64,000 nucleotides of DNA. It comes from a virus. Made by a program: the position numbers and the translations under genes. Shown one piece after another: positions 37,163 through 47,157 of this stretch. Under the pieces are notes generated by a model. It saw only the letters and a program-made list of their open reading frames with translations, was not told the DNA's origin and searched no databases. Position 1 is the stretch's first letter; every line of letters starts with the position of its first letter. The stretch covers positions 32,001 to 96,000 of the IMG/VR virus record IMGVR_UViG_3300035070_002905, one strand, 5' to 3'.

Positions 37163-37674
37163 AAACCTACCTACCTGTAGAACTCAAGCGCTACCGCAGA
37201 CGTTACGCATTCCGCTCTAAGCGAGATGACGATGGACGTCAGGAATACGTGATTAAGTTCAAAGGGTGGAACGGAGAGTTAACTAAAAAGATGACTCAAG
37301 CAGAAGCTCGAAAGTTCTGTACCACGTATTCTAATGGGGTAATGAAGCATGCAGTAGAGTGTGCTCCATATCACGAACACGGGCGTGAGGCCTTTAGAAC
37401 TCGTAAGGTAATTGGAGATCCGGTGATCGGTACTCTGATGCGGTCGTTTAAAAATATGGCCGTAGAAGAGACCGAGAAGAAGGATTCGAAAGACAAAGCA
37501 AAGGAGATGCTTAATGATAATCGGAATAGCGGGACCAGCAAAGGCGGGGAAGGACACAGTAGCGGCGATGATCGGGTGGCAGACGACGAGTTTCGCCGAT
37601 CCTCTAAAAGAGGTTACCGCTCTAACCTTCGACATTCCTCGCGAGGACCTAGAGACTCAGGAGGGGAAGGCTAG
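37147..37674 (+). CDS. Hypothetical basic protein
   Basis: SD AGGAG; tail overlaps the next gene. Confidence 0.55.
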   Translation: MASDLKTYLPVELKRYRRRYAFRSKRDDDGRQEYVIKFKGWNGELTKKMTQAEARKFCTTYSNGVMKHAVECAPYHEHGREAFRTRKVIGDPVIGTLMRSFKNMAVEETEKKDSKDKAKEMLNDNRNSGTSKGGEGHSSGDDRVADDEFRRSSKRGYRSNLRHSSRGPRDSGGEG

Positions 37675-38140
37675 TAAGCATCCTAACGGATTCGGCTTTA
37701 CTAACCGCGAGCTGCTCCAGATGGTCGGTACGGATATGTTCCGTAAGGTAATTCACAACGACGTGTGGACGGAGAAATTCAAACGCACCATTAGCAGTGG
37801 AGGTAATTGGATTGTTCCTGATGTACGCTTTGATGGAGAAGCTCAGACTATTCTGGATGCAGGTGGAATCATTCTTGACGTGGTACCGGGATACGACGGA
37901 TATGAAGAAATTCCTGGTACTCATAGCAGTGAAGCTGGTATTAATCCTGATCTGGTTAATTATCGTATATACAATGATTCTTCCATAGACGATCTACAGC
38001 ACCGTACCTGGGAGACTTGCTGGGCGCTGAACATTCAGTTCCCCGGCGAGTTCGATGAAGTACTCCGTACGATGAATATGGATGATCCTGTAATGGACGG
38101 CTGGGTGGAGGCTCTACATGAAGCACAAGACATGGCTTAA
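37514..38140 (+). CDS. Deoxynucleoside monophosphate kinase
   Basis: IIGIAGPAKAGKDT, SFADPLK, RELLQMVGTD, DVRF, HSSE. Confidence 0.9.
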   Translation: MIIGIAGPAKAGKDTVAAMIGWQTTSFADPLKEVTALTFDIPREDLETQEGKASKHPNGFGFTNRELLQMVGTDMFRKVIHNDVWTEKFKRTISSGGNWIVPDVRFDGEAQTILDAGGIILDVVPGYDGYEEIPGTHSSEAGINPDLVNYRIYNDSSIDDLQHRTWETCWALNIQFPGEFDEVLRTMNMDDPVMDGWVEALHEAQDMA

Positions 38141-38594
38141 GTGCGCTCAGGCGGTAGCTGAGGATTCTAAGTGTATCTCGATGAAGGTAGGTTGTGTGCT
38201 CGTTAGCGATGGGCATGTGATCTCTACTGGATATAATGGTTCGGCTAAGGGCGATCATAACTGTTCGGATGTCCACAAGGAACGTGGCCCCGAGCATTCT
38301 GATTGGTCGAATAAGTTCGAGATTCACTCGGAGATGAATGCCATCATCCACTGTCCGGTGAGTACTTACGGTATGATTGCATACGTAACGCATTCTCCGT
38401 GTTGGAACTGTACTAAGCATCTGGTGGCGGCCGGTGCTAAGTCCATTCACTTCATGGAGATGTACTACCGTATGGATCCCGACGAGTGGTCTGAGGTAAT
38501 CGACTATTGTAAGCGTATGGGCGTAACGCTAGTTCAGTGGAAGGATAGCTTTCTTCCTGAGAAGATCTGGGTGAGTAAGGTGGAAGCATGTTAG
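38118..38594 (+). CDS. dCMP deaminase
   Basis: KVGCVL, STGYNG, HSEMNAI, SPCWNC. Confidence 0.9.
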   Translation: MKHKTWLKCAQAVAEDSKCISMKVGCVLVSDGHVISTGYNGSAKGDHNCSDVHKERGPEHSDWSNKFEIHSEMNAIIHCPVSTYGMIAYVTHSPCWNCTKHLVAAGAKSIHFMEMYYRMDPDEWSEVIDYCKRMGVTLVQWKDSFLPEKIWVSKVEAC

Positions 38595-38911
38595 GATTCG
38601 TAGACAAGCTAATCGATTCTCTCCCGGATATGATGATTGAACATGAGTACTATAGCCATACCTTTAGCGATGGTACGGTTACTCTTCAGATCAACTCATG
38701 GAACTATTACAACGAGGCGGATAATGACGCTCCTCGTGTAGTAGGTAGTTCCAATTGTACAAGTGATATGGGTATCGAACTGACTCTGTTTATAGATAGA
38801 GCCAACATTACTCGCAAACTTAGTCAATCTGAGATAGAGCGTATATCTAATGCGGCTATCGATATGGTTGAAGATGATGTTAACAATAAGATGGAGAAAT
38901 GGCTATGCTAA
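38588..38911 (+). CDS. Hypothetical protein
   Basis: Coupled ORF. Confidence 0.55.
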   Translation: MLGFVDKLIDSLPDMMIEHEYYSHTFSDGTVTLQINSWNYYNEADNDAPRVVGSSNCTSDMGIELTLFIDRANITRKLSQSEIERISNAAIDMVEDDVNNKMEKWLC

Positions 38912-39135
38912 TTCTAATGCAGCTAACTGTAATTATCGCAAGTGTACTATCTAGTGCCCTGTGCTTTCAAAAGGCATGGAGTGCAGAGGGCCACGACTGG
39001 TTCTCTCTATGGAATATCCTAGCGTTTATCGTCCCTATGGTCATGTTCGCTCTAATGGGTCTGGGCAACGGGTTGATGGTTCCTCTACTTCTACTGGCTC
39101 ACTCGTATTCTGAGAAGCTGTGGGAGAGAGGCTAA
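38899..39135 (+). CDS. Small membrane protein
   Basis: Hydrophobic segments. Confidence 0.55.
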   Translation: MAMLILMQLTVIIASVLSSALCFQKAWSAEGHDWFSLWNILAFIVPMVMFALMGLGNGLMVPLLLLAHSYSEKLWERG

Positions 39136-39358
39136 TGGGTATGCTACTCGGCGTATTTATTCTAGTGCTATTCGTGTACTTTTTACTGGTCAAGATGAAG
39201 GGAGGAAAGGTAGTCTCAGGGAACTGGGACTGCGGAGATGATGACGACTACAAGGGATATTAAAGAAAGACGCAGGGCCCTTCTGGGCCTTGCAATTACG
39301 TGCATGTTTTTATTTGGTGCTGCATGGGCATGCGGAATGAGCTAATTGGAGTAATACT

Positions 39359-39628
39359 ATGAATTTACGATTAGACAATCGTCGAGTGTCTTGTAACGAA
39401 CTTAAGGTACACGGCGTTATTTACCATATGTTCTCTGTATGGTTTTCACAGGATGAGATAGACGATGGTCTACATCGTAGAGTCAAAGGATTGACTGGAC
39501 AGTACTTCTACTCGGTTGTAGACGGCCCTTCAGGTTGCTTAGATCGACAGGATAGCGGGCAGTCGTTTACCTTTGGTACGCTGCGTAAACATGAGATCAA
39601 ATCTCTAGGAGAGCTACGTGGCAATTAA
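39359..39628 (+). CDS. Hypothetical protein
   Basis: SD GGAG. Confidence 0.55.
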   Translation: MNLRLDNRRVSCNELKVHGVIYHMFSVWFSQDEIDDGLHRRVKGLTGQYFYSVVDGPSGCLDRQDSGQSFTFGTLRKHEIKSLGELRGN

Positions 39629-40031
39629 ACTGTATAGCGCATTAGACACCGATATCATCTGCACTACCTTTATTGAAGGTGTACGCGTAGACTTCGGATG
39701 GCATGAGGATATGCATCCTCCTACACACTATTCCATAGACTACGATGGAGAGATCTACATAGGTACTCATGCATTCTGGATTGCATCTGAGCCTCATGAG
39801 CTTGATGATGACGGAGACCTGGTTGTCAACTGGAACGAGATGAGTGAGGATGGACATCAGGTTAGTCTAATAGGTAAGTGGGGTGAATTTAATACCGGCC
39901 TGTACGGCGAGCTTACTCTGGTAGATGTCGAAGGTCCTCCTATTATCGAAATAACTAAATACGGAGAGGCGGAGAAATGTAACTGCGCCGACTGCCGACG
40001 AGAGAGGGAGACCGAAGATGGGGATGTATGA
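39618..40031 (+). CDS. Hypothetical protein, paralogue A (C-terminal CxCxxC)
   Basis: DIICTTFIEG.RVDFGW.ED..PPTHY..DYDGE shared with the next gene. Confidence 0.65.
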   Translation: MAIKLYSALDTDIICTTFIEGVRVDFGWHEDMHPPTHYSIDYDGEIYIGTHAFWIASEPHELDDDGDLVVNWNEMSEDGHQVSLIGKWGEFNTGLYGELTLVDVEGPPIIEITKYGEAEKCNCADCRRERETEDGDV

Positions 40032-40449
40032 CGCCCAGCCAGATGACATTATCTGCACTACCGTTATCGAAGGTAAGCGAATCGACTTCGCCTGGCCTGA
40101 AGATCTATTGCCTCCAACTCACTTTAACTTTGACTACGACGGAGAGTTCATCGTAGGCAATTATCCTTTCTATGATCCGGATCGCCCTCACCATGAAAGT
40201 AGTCTATCCACTAACTGGGCTACAAGAGACGGTCTCTCATTTATGGATGGGTACCTTGCTACCGGCGTAGGATACACTAACATAGAGAACTCTGCACTTA
40301 GCGGTGAGATTACTCTGGTAGAAGTCGAGGAAGATACTCTTATCCAGTATGCCGAGGGCACTTCTAAGAGGGAGGAAGTCTCCTGTGAGTGTCCGGACTG
40401 TCGACCTGATATGCATGCCAGCGATGAGAACTATGCGTTAGGCGCATAG
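40018..40449 (+). CDS. Hypothetical protein, paralogue B (C-terminal CxCxxC)
   Basis: DIICTTVIEG.RIDFAW.ED..PPTHF..DYDGE. Confidence 0.65.
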   Translation: MGMYDAQPDDIICTTVIEGKRIDFAWPEDLLPPTHFNFDYDGEFIVGNYPFYDPDRPHHESSLSTNWATRDGLSFMDGYLATGVGYTNIENSALSGEITLVEVEEDTLIQYAEGTSKREEVSCECPDCRPDMHASDENYALGA

Positions 40450-40450
40450 C

Positions 40451-40479
40451 AAAAGAGCCTCACTAGGAGGCTCTTTTTT
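40451..40479. terminator. Bidirectional terminator
   Basis: AAAAGAGCCTC-ACTAG-GAGGCTCTTTTTT between convergent genes. Confidence 0.85.
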
Positions 40480-40482
40480 AGC

Positions 40483-40875
40483 TTATGGGATAAGTTCCCA
40501 GTGCGGTAGATCGTTAAACTTCTGATCAGTCGTACGTTTATCACCATCCCAGTCACCACCGTATCGAACTTTGATACCCAACTCTTCAGCTACGCGGAAT
40601 ACGTAACCTGCAAATAGGTAGAATCGTCCTAGGTCGTCCCAATCGATAGGATATGGCGCCACGTCTACTGCAATCGAAGGAGAAGTGTTGTGCTTACTCT
40701 CTGGATACTTCAACTTACTCTTACCAGTATAATACGCCTGGTTCTGTTCGTCTTCTCCACGCTCTCCGCAGAGGATACTACAGTCGAAAGTCTTAACGAC
40801 TTCCTGGAAGAGGCGCTGGAGGTCTGGATGACAGGTCTCTAGACGCGCTCTACTTGATTTTCCGAATTTTGCCAT
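40483..40875 (-). CDS. Endolysin, M15-family peptidase (L-Ala-D-Glu type)
   Basis: FGKSSRARLETCHPDL, GERG..EQ, SKH, AVDVAP, YGGDW, DLPHWEL; SD AGGAG. Confidence 0.9.
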   Translation of the reverse strand: MAKFGKSSRARLETCHPDLQRLFQEVVKTFDCSILCGERGEDEQNQAYYTGKSKLKYPESKHNTSPSIAVDVAPYPIDWDDLGRFYLFAGYVFRVAEELGIKVRYGGDWDGDKRTTDQKFNDLPHWELIP

Positions 40876-40963
40876 TATGTCACTCCTGGGCGGCAGCCCT
40901 CTGTAAGCCATTCTAAGAGACTTTGGCCCTAAGGCATGCCATTGGTCACCTTAGGGTCTAATC

Positions 40964-41356
40964 TCATCGTGCTGGCGTTTCTGGAAGCGCTGGATAGGTC
41001 TCTACGACCTCTGGAGCCTCCAAGTTGTATTCGATTAGAAGTAGATCAAATGCTGACTTCATGACGGTGATTACGTCATCGGCCAGAGCTTCAGTTGAAA
41101 CCCATTTTTTAGCATCTGTGTACTTACATAATCGCTTGCCAAAGTTACTAGTCCAGTCGGTACTGTAGTCGGGATACTTGGCGATCTCGTCAAGGTGCCC
41201 AACTACCTGCCAATCGAGTAAACTGCCGTCTAGATCCACAGTCCACAGAAAGATATTCCGTGGAAAGTCTACTTCACTATTCGTATCGTCTACTACGGCT
41301 TCTACCAACCACTGACCCGAGTCAAAGCTCTTCGTGATAGTTAGATAGTTTGCCAT
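40964..41356 (-). CDS. Hypothetical virion protein
   Basis: In the baseplate operon. Confidence 0.55.
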   Translation of the reverse strand: MANYLTITKSFDSGQWLVEAVVDDTNSEVDFPRNIFLWTVDLDGSLLDWQVVGHLDEIAKYPDYSTDWTSNFGKRLCKYTDAKKWVSTEALADDVITVMKSAFDLLLIEYNLEAPEVVETYPALPETPAR

Positions 41357-41856
41357 TAGATATACCTGATTCTCCACTGAAAGATTAACGAGAAGGCATC
41401 GGTCTTAGAGATAGATCGGAACGTCTTGATATTGAACATATCACCTGACTCCTTGAAGAGTGCAGTCTCACTGATCTCCTGTCCATTACCCTCATCCTGA
41501 CTTAGCGAGTATACGATCTGAATGTATACCTGAGTATCATCAGTAGGATCGCTAGGAGTAATCGTCACGTCTGTGTTGATACCCGTATTGATCGGAGCGT
41601 ATAGATCGTTGTTAGTAGGATCTGGTGCGATTGGACGTAAGCCCTCTGGATCTAGCACACCGCCGGTCCCTACCTTGAACGTATTCAGTAGATCGAACGG
41701 TGTAGTGTTATCATATAGGAATGCCAGGTGATGACGGCGGCTGGGCATGGTGATCGTATTGCGCTCTGTCAGCACATGCTCCTGATTACCGTCCTGGTAT
41801 TCCTTAAAGATTGTTAGCTCTCCGTATGCGCACGGGGCTGATTCTTCCAACCTCAT
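41356..41856 (-). CDS. Baseplate/fibre-attachment protein
   Basis: N.IT..., FKVGTGG, EGNG..ISETALF...MFNIKTF..I.K pattern. Confidence 0.6.
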   Translation of the reverse strand: MRLEESAPCAYGELTIFKEYQDGNQEHVLTERNTITMPSRRHHLAFLYDNTTPFDLLNTFKVGTGGVLDPEGLRPIAPDPTNNDLYAPINTGINTDVTITPSDPTDDTQVYIQIVYSLSQDEGNGQEISETALFKESGDMFNIKTFRSISKTDAFSLIFQWRIRYI

Positions 41857-44054
41857 TGTAGTCTCCTTATTACATTAATTCGCTCAGCTACACCAGTATC
41901 AGTAGTAGGTACGCCACCACGATTCATGTACATAACTGGGTTGGCACCTCGTCCGAGTTCATCGTCTTCGAGGTAGTCATCGTATATCCCATCTGCTCTA
42001 CTACGGTCTAGTAGGAACCTTGCCTGATTCTCTTCCACCATTCCTCGAGTAATCTTAACGTCGGCGCCTGCGCCTACTGGATACTCGTATACGGCACGTA
42101 GATCGTCTGCGTCTTCTACCGGGAACATCGTAGGGACTTGCTTAGTAGCATCTACCAACCAGCCCACCGTCCAAGTATCGTCATCTACCCTCTGGAAGAA
42201 TAGCTTACCGTCAGACTCGATATCCGCCACTGAAGGTGCGTACATCTGGTATGCGTAAGGCGACCACTTAGGGTTTAATCCTACATTAGCGTACGGGAAG
42301 TTAAAGTCTCCCGAGAACTCTGCTAGGATGTTCTGTGTACGCGTTACGATGTTATCGTAGTGCTCGAACATATCGACGCTACGTAGGAAGTACTGGGCTC
42401 TACCGTTGATGTTAAAGCTTGGGTTCACATAACGTATTTTAGTTACTACCTCGTTAGCTGTCATCAGGTATAGCGGCACTACGTTCCTATCGTTGAACGT
42501 TACCGTATCTCCCAGAGGGAAAGTATCGGCAGATACGACTGTACGAGTTATACCAGATTGGATATCCGGTCTCGGGTTGCCATCTCCATCGAATCCCTGC
42601 GTATTGTAAGAGCGGTAACCCCTACTGATAACGCCACGGCTTGTCGGCTTATTAGTATCTCCACGTGAACCCATTAGAAGTCCAGTGTACGCCCCGTACT
42701 TATCTCCGATAGTCTGGAACTCTGGAGTCCACCCTGAATTTCCAGGCCAGTCACCGTAGCCGAGTAGAGTAGCAGTGTACTCAGAGCCTTGGAATCGGTT
42801 ATACCAATGCTTACCGCGCAGGAAGTAAGGTCGATACTCGGGATCGGTAGGGTCCTCGTAAGATGCTCCGCGGTCCATATAGCGAACGCTAGGAGGTGCA
42901 ATACAGGTATCATCTAAGTGAGACTGTGCGTCGTACTTAAAGTCGTCTACCAGGTTAACCGGCTCGTCTTCCAGTATCGCCTTCCATACGAAGATCGGAA
43001 AGGTATACGAAGGCTTGGCGTAGTTAACTAGTCGCTGTGCAGTCGTAAAGGCCTTAACGGTCTGGTCGGGCTGAGGCGTAATGATTACCTGGAACATATG
43101 GTGCTTTAGGAAGTCCTGCATCATACGGTCGCCTACAGATCCTGGAGAACAGCGCCCTACATCTCGTGAGGAGTATCCATTAAGAACTTCATTAGGCAGA
43201 TACACGTTGTACCACCATTCGCCGTTATCGTAGTAATCCTGTACTTCAATCCAAGAGGATAGTAGTTGGCCTTCCTGTAGAGTGTCGCCTACCGCTAGGT
43301 CTGGATACATACCGTAAGGAAGTAGGTAGCTCTGACTTGCGGTAAACACTAGATGGTTACGATTAGTCAAATCCTGAGTAATACTAAGGACTTCTTCCGT
43401 AGCACGCGCGTATGGCATTCCCATTGTAAGGTTAACGCCACGCTCGATGTTACTCTTATTAGGTCCATTGGCGTATAGATAGTAGACACCTTGAAGGAAT
43501 TGCTTGTAGTTGAATACAGAGTCTTCCTCATCGAATTCTACTAGGCGCCCGAAGCTGTTATTGATCCACTTATCGTCGACCTCTACGTCTGACATCCAGA
43601 TAGCGTATTGTGGAGTACCCGTCTCAGTGTACCGTACGGGGAACTTATATTCGCTAATCGGCTTGTTAAACTTGATCGTACTATTAGTAGTGTTGATCTC
43701 GTAATCTCTGCCATTATTAAGCGTCTGGGTTGGTAGTAGCGCTCGGTTCATCAAGCGCTCTGCAGACCAGGTACCGTCTACTAGGTTGAACTCGGTGAGA
43801 TCTAGAGGATCTACCGAGTCGCTATCGCTTAGTAGCAGTAATTTAATACGTGTATGGTAGCGCTTCTGGATGTCATCAAGGGAGATCCCCGCGCTACGCT
43901 GTAAGAAATTGCTGTACACCTCTGCCAGACTAATCGTCTCGGAGGCTAGGATACCTTCTACTAACTCAGAATCGCCAAATACGTTGGTCCAGAAGTCCGA
44001 AATGCCGTACATATAGACTAGGGAACCATCGCTAACATTTGGTGCTTCTATCAT
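41853..44054 (-). CDS. Baseplate wedge protein
   Basis: Position after the J-like gene; LY.NGP...NIE.G.N and AKPSYT motifs. Confidence 0.6.
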   Translation of the reverse strand: MIEAPNVSDGSLVYMYGISDFWTNVFGDSELVEGILASETISLAEVYSNFLQRSAGISLDDIQKRYHTRIKLLLLSDSDSVDPLDLTEFNLVDGTWSAERLMNRALLPTQTLNNGRDYEINTTNSTIKFNKPISEYKFPVRYTETGTPQYAIWMSDVEVDDKWINNSFGRLVEFDEEDSVFNYKQFLQGVYYLYANGPNKSNIERGVNLTMGMPYARATEEVLSITQDLTNRNHLVFTASQSYLLPYGMYPDLAVGDTLQEGQLLSSWIEVQDYYDNGEWWYNVYLPNEVLNGYSSRDVGRCSPGSVGDRMMQDFLKHHMFQVIITPQPDQTVKAFTTAQRLVNYAKPSYTFPIFVWKAILEDEPVNLVDDFKYDAQSHLDDTCIAPPSVRYMDRGASYEDPTDPEYRPYFLRGKHWYNRFQGSEYTATLLGYGDWPGNSGWTPEFQTIGDKYGAYTGLLMGSRGDTNKPTSRGVISRGYRSYNTQGFDGDGNPRPDIQSGITRTVVSADTFPLGDTVTFNDRNVVPLYLMTANEVVTKIRYVNPSFNINGRAQYFLRSVDMFEHYDNIVTRTQNILAEFSGDFNFPYANVGLNPKWSPYAYQMYAPSVADIESDGKLFFQRVDDDTWTVGWLVDATKQVPTMFPVEDADDLRAVYEYPVGAGADVKITRGMVEENQARFLLDRSRADGIYDDYLEDDELGRGANPVMYMNRGGVPTTDTGVAERINVIRRLQ

Positions 44055-45619
44055 TCGTTCGCTCCTATGGTCAGATTACGTAGGTAGAACTTCTCGGTCG
44101 GGATCGTATCATAAGTATCCACGATTGTAGTAGAGGAAGTAGTCAGATCTCTCGCTACCTTCTCTCCGGTTAAGTTCAGTGGAAGTACAAAGTCGGTTAC
44201 TCCAGAAGAGTAGATCGCTTGGATCACTTCGCTGGCGTATAGAGTACCTCCGTTAGGGATGCTCGCTATGTAAGTCTCTACCGCTGTACGAGTATCCGTA
44301 GTGTCAGTAGGCGGAGTACCGTGCGTAAGGATATTCACATCGATAAATACCGGTACGAACGCCCTTGCCAGGTAGTCTGCTGTAACTACTCGATTATCCT
44401 CGCCGTCAAGCCATGTCTGCACACCGCCTAGCCCTGAGAATACCTGTGCGTCCAGCGTAACCTTAGCGTTCGGCTGGCCTATAAAGCGAACCTGAGTGAT
44501 CTGCTTAGAGGATAGCCCCATATCTAACTCGCCTACCAGCGGAACGCCGTCCGTATAGGTAGTACTATTAGAGATCTGCGTAGTAAACGGTGTGTTTGCA
44601 GGGACATCGTCTGGATCTGATCCAGGAGGCGGTGCACTAGACTGCGTTATGCTAATTACCGGACCTTCTATGTTGATCAAGCCGGCTGCGTCAGTAGTAA
44701 ACTGGTTCGACTGGATAATCGGGTCTGTATCTACTAGGATATCTGTAAAGCCGCCACGATGGTAATCGATAAGATCGCCGTAGTTAGGGTGTAACGGGTC
44801 AATATTCTCAATCTTAATCAAATCGCGGTATAGGTAAGGACTTCCTAGCCCGAATACCTGCACGCTATTGATGTAGTTGAACTGATCGGTAATCAACGAG
44901 CGTATAGAACGGTCATTTATCAGGTTACGCGTAGAGATCGAATCGTATGAGCGGCCTACCATCTCGGTATTCGTCTCGGCAGCGATCGCCTGCTGCGAGT
45001 TATACAAGATCTCGCCCTGTAGGAAGTACGGAGAGAAGATCGTGAAGTATAATAGGTCGCCTTCGCTTAGGTTATACTCAGTAGTCTGTCCCTCGGACTG
45101 TAACGTGATGTCTACGTACCATAGATCCTGACTGTTATCATACTCGAAGTAGAACTGACCGGTAACTGGAGTAGTAACTGGCGGTAGTACTGTAGTATTC
45201 GCTCGTGGAGTGAAGTACAGAGTATCATCGGTAGAGAATCGAGCGGTAGCAGGTATCTGTACGGCCGTAGGAGTTCCCGTAGGAAAGCTAAAGTACAGTC
45301 GGCTAACTACCTGTGCGCTAGTGCCCGTCTTACGGGTGATGAAAAAGTTGCTCAGACGGCGATCTACGATATCTGCATCGGAAGCATCCGTGATATTGTT
45401 TAGATCAGACTCGTCGAAGTAGTAGGTGATAGCCTTCTGGATCGATGCCATCATTACTGCATTAGGTCGGACGATCATGTCTCTAATAGCAGTACCCTGT
45501 CTGAAGTCATACGTCGGGAACAGAGCTGATAGATACTGAGCTGCGAATACTTCCGCCTCTACAATATCGGCTCTCTCTACCGTTATGCCTTCTATAATTC
45601 CAAATAAGTTAGTAGCCAT
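44051..45619 (-). CDS. Baseplate J-like (gp6-type) wedge protein
   Basis: DFRQGTAIRD, NFFITRK.G..A, ETN.E...R, GGFTDI, YI.SIP.GG.LYASE. Confidence 0.75.
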   Translation of the reverse strand: MATNLFGIIEGITVERADIVEAEVFAAQYLSALFPTYDFRQGTAIRDMIVRPNAVMMASIQKAITYYFDESDLNNITDASDADIVDRRLSNFFITRKTGTSAQVVSRLYFSFPTGTPTAVQIPATARFSTDDTLYFTPRANTTVLPPVTTPVTGQFYFEYDNSQDLWYVDITLQSEGQTTEYNLSEGDLLYFTIFSPYFLQGEILYNSQQAIAAETNTEMVGRSYDSISTRNLINDRSIRSLITDQFNYINSVQVFGLGSPYLYRDLIKIENIDPLHPNYGDLIDYHRGGFTDILVDTDPIIQSNQFTTDAAGLINIEGPVISITQSSAPPPGSDPDDVPANTPFTTQISNSTTYTDGVPLVGELDMGLSSKQITQVRFIGQPNAKVTLDAQVFSGLGGVQTWLDGEDNRVVTADYLARAFVPVFIDVNILTHGTPPTDTTDTRTAVETYIASIPNGGTLYASEVIQAIYSSGVTDFVLPLNLTGEKVARDLTTSSTTIVDTYDTIPTEKFYLRNLTIGANE

Positions 45620-46116
45620 TATTCGTTCACCGTAATCCCTAAGCTAGTGAATGGAAGTGCGATAGGAGCCGATTCGCCTGCACGTGAGATTAGCTGGACG
45701 TTAATAGCTACGGAGTCATCTGTAGAGATGATACCTAGAACCTTCGCCGACTCTAACTGTGAGGTCGTTCCTGCAGAGCTGATATTGAGGATAGACTTAG
45801 TCTGAAGCTCTGCCTGCTTAATTGCACTCTCTATATCCGAACGAAGAATGTGTAGGTCCGACGTCTGGATATTTCGTTGTTGGTTAAAAGTAGAAAATGA
45901 CGTACCGCGTGTTCCGTGTATTACATCGGATCGGGGTGACGTCATGAGTACCTTCATAAATGTCTGTGCGATCTTCTGTATACCAGAGATACGCTTAGGG
46001 TTCCTACCGAACCCCAGATCGATTGCACCTTTAGGATAGCCTTCTGGGAAATCGAAAAAGAGGACGTCGTATGTAGACGTCCCGTCTAAGTTTGCTGTAT
46101 TACCTACGCGTGCCAT
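45619..46116 (-). CDS. Baseplate gp25/W-like protein
   Basis: ISGIQKIAQ.F.K.LMT..GT.F; position upstream of the J-like gene. Confidence 0.65.
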   Translation of the reverse strand: MARVGNTANLDGTSTYDVLFFDFPEGYPKGAIDLGFGRNPKRISGIQKIAQTFMKVLMTSPRSDVIHGTRGTSFSTFNQQRNIQTSDLHILRSDIESAIKQAELQTKSILNISSAGTTSQLESAKVLGIISTDDSVAINVQLISRAGESAPIALPFTSLGITVNE

Positions 46117-46475
46117 TAGTTACCAGCCTCCTTCGCTTGTTGGAGCAGGTTATTAGACTGCCTGTTGTAGTTCCACTTAGCAATGTTGTCCGTCTCTTCC
46201 TGAAGGGCATCTGCGTAGTAGTCTCCACGGCCCATTAGGCGGATGGCGTACTCTGCTGTCTGCGCCAGGTTATCTCGATACCCTCTAATAAGTGCAGCCT
46301 CGGGCTGTCCAGGTCGATCACCAGATACGGATTGAACTACTGCTCTTACTGCAGTGAAATCATTCGGGTCTCTATCGTTGAACTCTTCTGGTACGTTGAG
46401 AGGATCTTCGAGGTATAGTCGTTTACTCTCTAGGTACACCAGGAATTCATCATACATACCAAGAAGATTATCCAT
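46116..46475 (-). CDS. Hypothetical protein
   Basis: Coupled ORF. Confidence 0.6.
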   Translation of the reverse strand: MDNLLGMYDEFLVYLESKRLYLEDPLNVPEEFNDRDPNDFTAVRAVVQSVSGDRPGQPEAALIRGYRDNLAQTAEYAIRLMGRGDYYADALQEETDNIAKWNYNRQSNNLLQQAKEAGN

Positions 46476-47157
46476 CGTACTTCTCCAATAGGCTCTGAAC
46501 TTTATTTTTTAGCTTACGCTGAGTATAGTTCAACTTGTTGGTGTCCATACCGAACTGCTCGGTCATATCTGCCTGACTCATACCGGAAGTCTTACTATCG
46601 AAGAACTTCAATTCGTCGGGCTTCAGGTTTTCCTTAATGTAGTTCAGCTTGATAGTGTCATCAGAGAACTGACTGGCTACGCCTGCGACTTCCTGACGAG
46701 ACTCGTAGATATCCTGGAACAGGTTTTCCTTAAGATCCACTACCTCTTTAACCGTCCAGTTAAGGCGAGTAGCCAGTTCCTGATCGGTAGGTGCACGTAG
46801 AAGCTCAGACTCTAGATCGTCTAGCGCCTTCTTGTAGTGCTTGAACTTACCCTGCTGCTTATCTTCCGACATACGCACTACGTTCTGGTAGGTGTAGTTC
46901 AGACGACTCGCCTGGGCGATATGGTTGAATACGTGTGTTGAGAGCTTAGCACCTTTACTAGGATCATACGTCTCGATACCCGAGATGGCGTGCTTAGAGA
47001 TCTCTGCCTTAAGCGCTGCGTCGGGTAGCGAACCGGATAACTGTTGGTGCTTCTTATTGAGGACAGGCTGGAGAGCCATTAGAACCTTAGTGCGGTCCTT
47101 CATGTTACCAGTCTGTTGATATACTTGATACAGCTCGTCTTCTTTATACTGTGCCAT
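46468..47157 (-). CDS. Sigma-70-family RNA polymerase sigma factor
   Basis: Region 2 GIETYDPSKGAKLSTH; region 3 LLRAPTDQELATRLNW; region-4-like GMSQADM. Confidence 0.8.
   Translation of the reverse strand: MAQYKEDELYQVYQQTGNMKDRTKVLMALQPVLNKKHQQLSGSLPDAALKAEISKHAISGIETYDPSKGAKLSTHVFNHIAQASRLNYTYQNVVRMSEDKQQGKFKHYKKALDDLESELLRAPTDQELATRLNWTVKEVVDLKENLFQDIYESRQEVAGVASQFSDDTIKLNYIKENLKPDELKFFDSKTSGMSQADMTEQFGMDTNKLNYTQRKLKNKVQSLLEKYDG

Noticed and set aside
37514-37674. Long gene overlap as dual coding (also 7373-7488)
   Set aside because: The overlapping tails look like run-on of the upstream ORF into a conserved enzyme gene.
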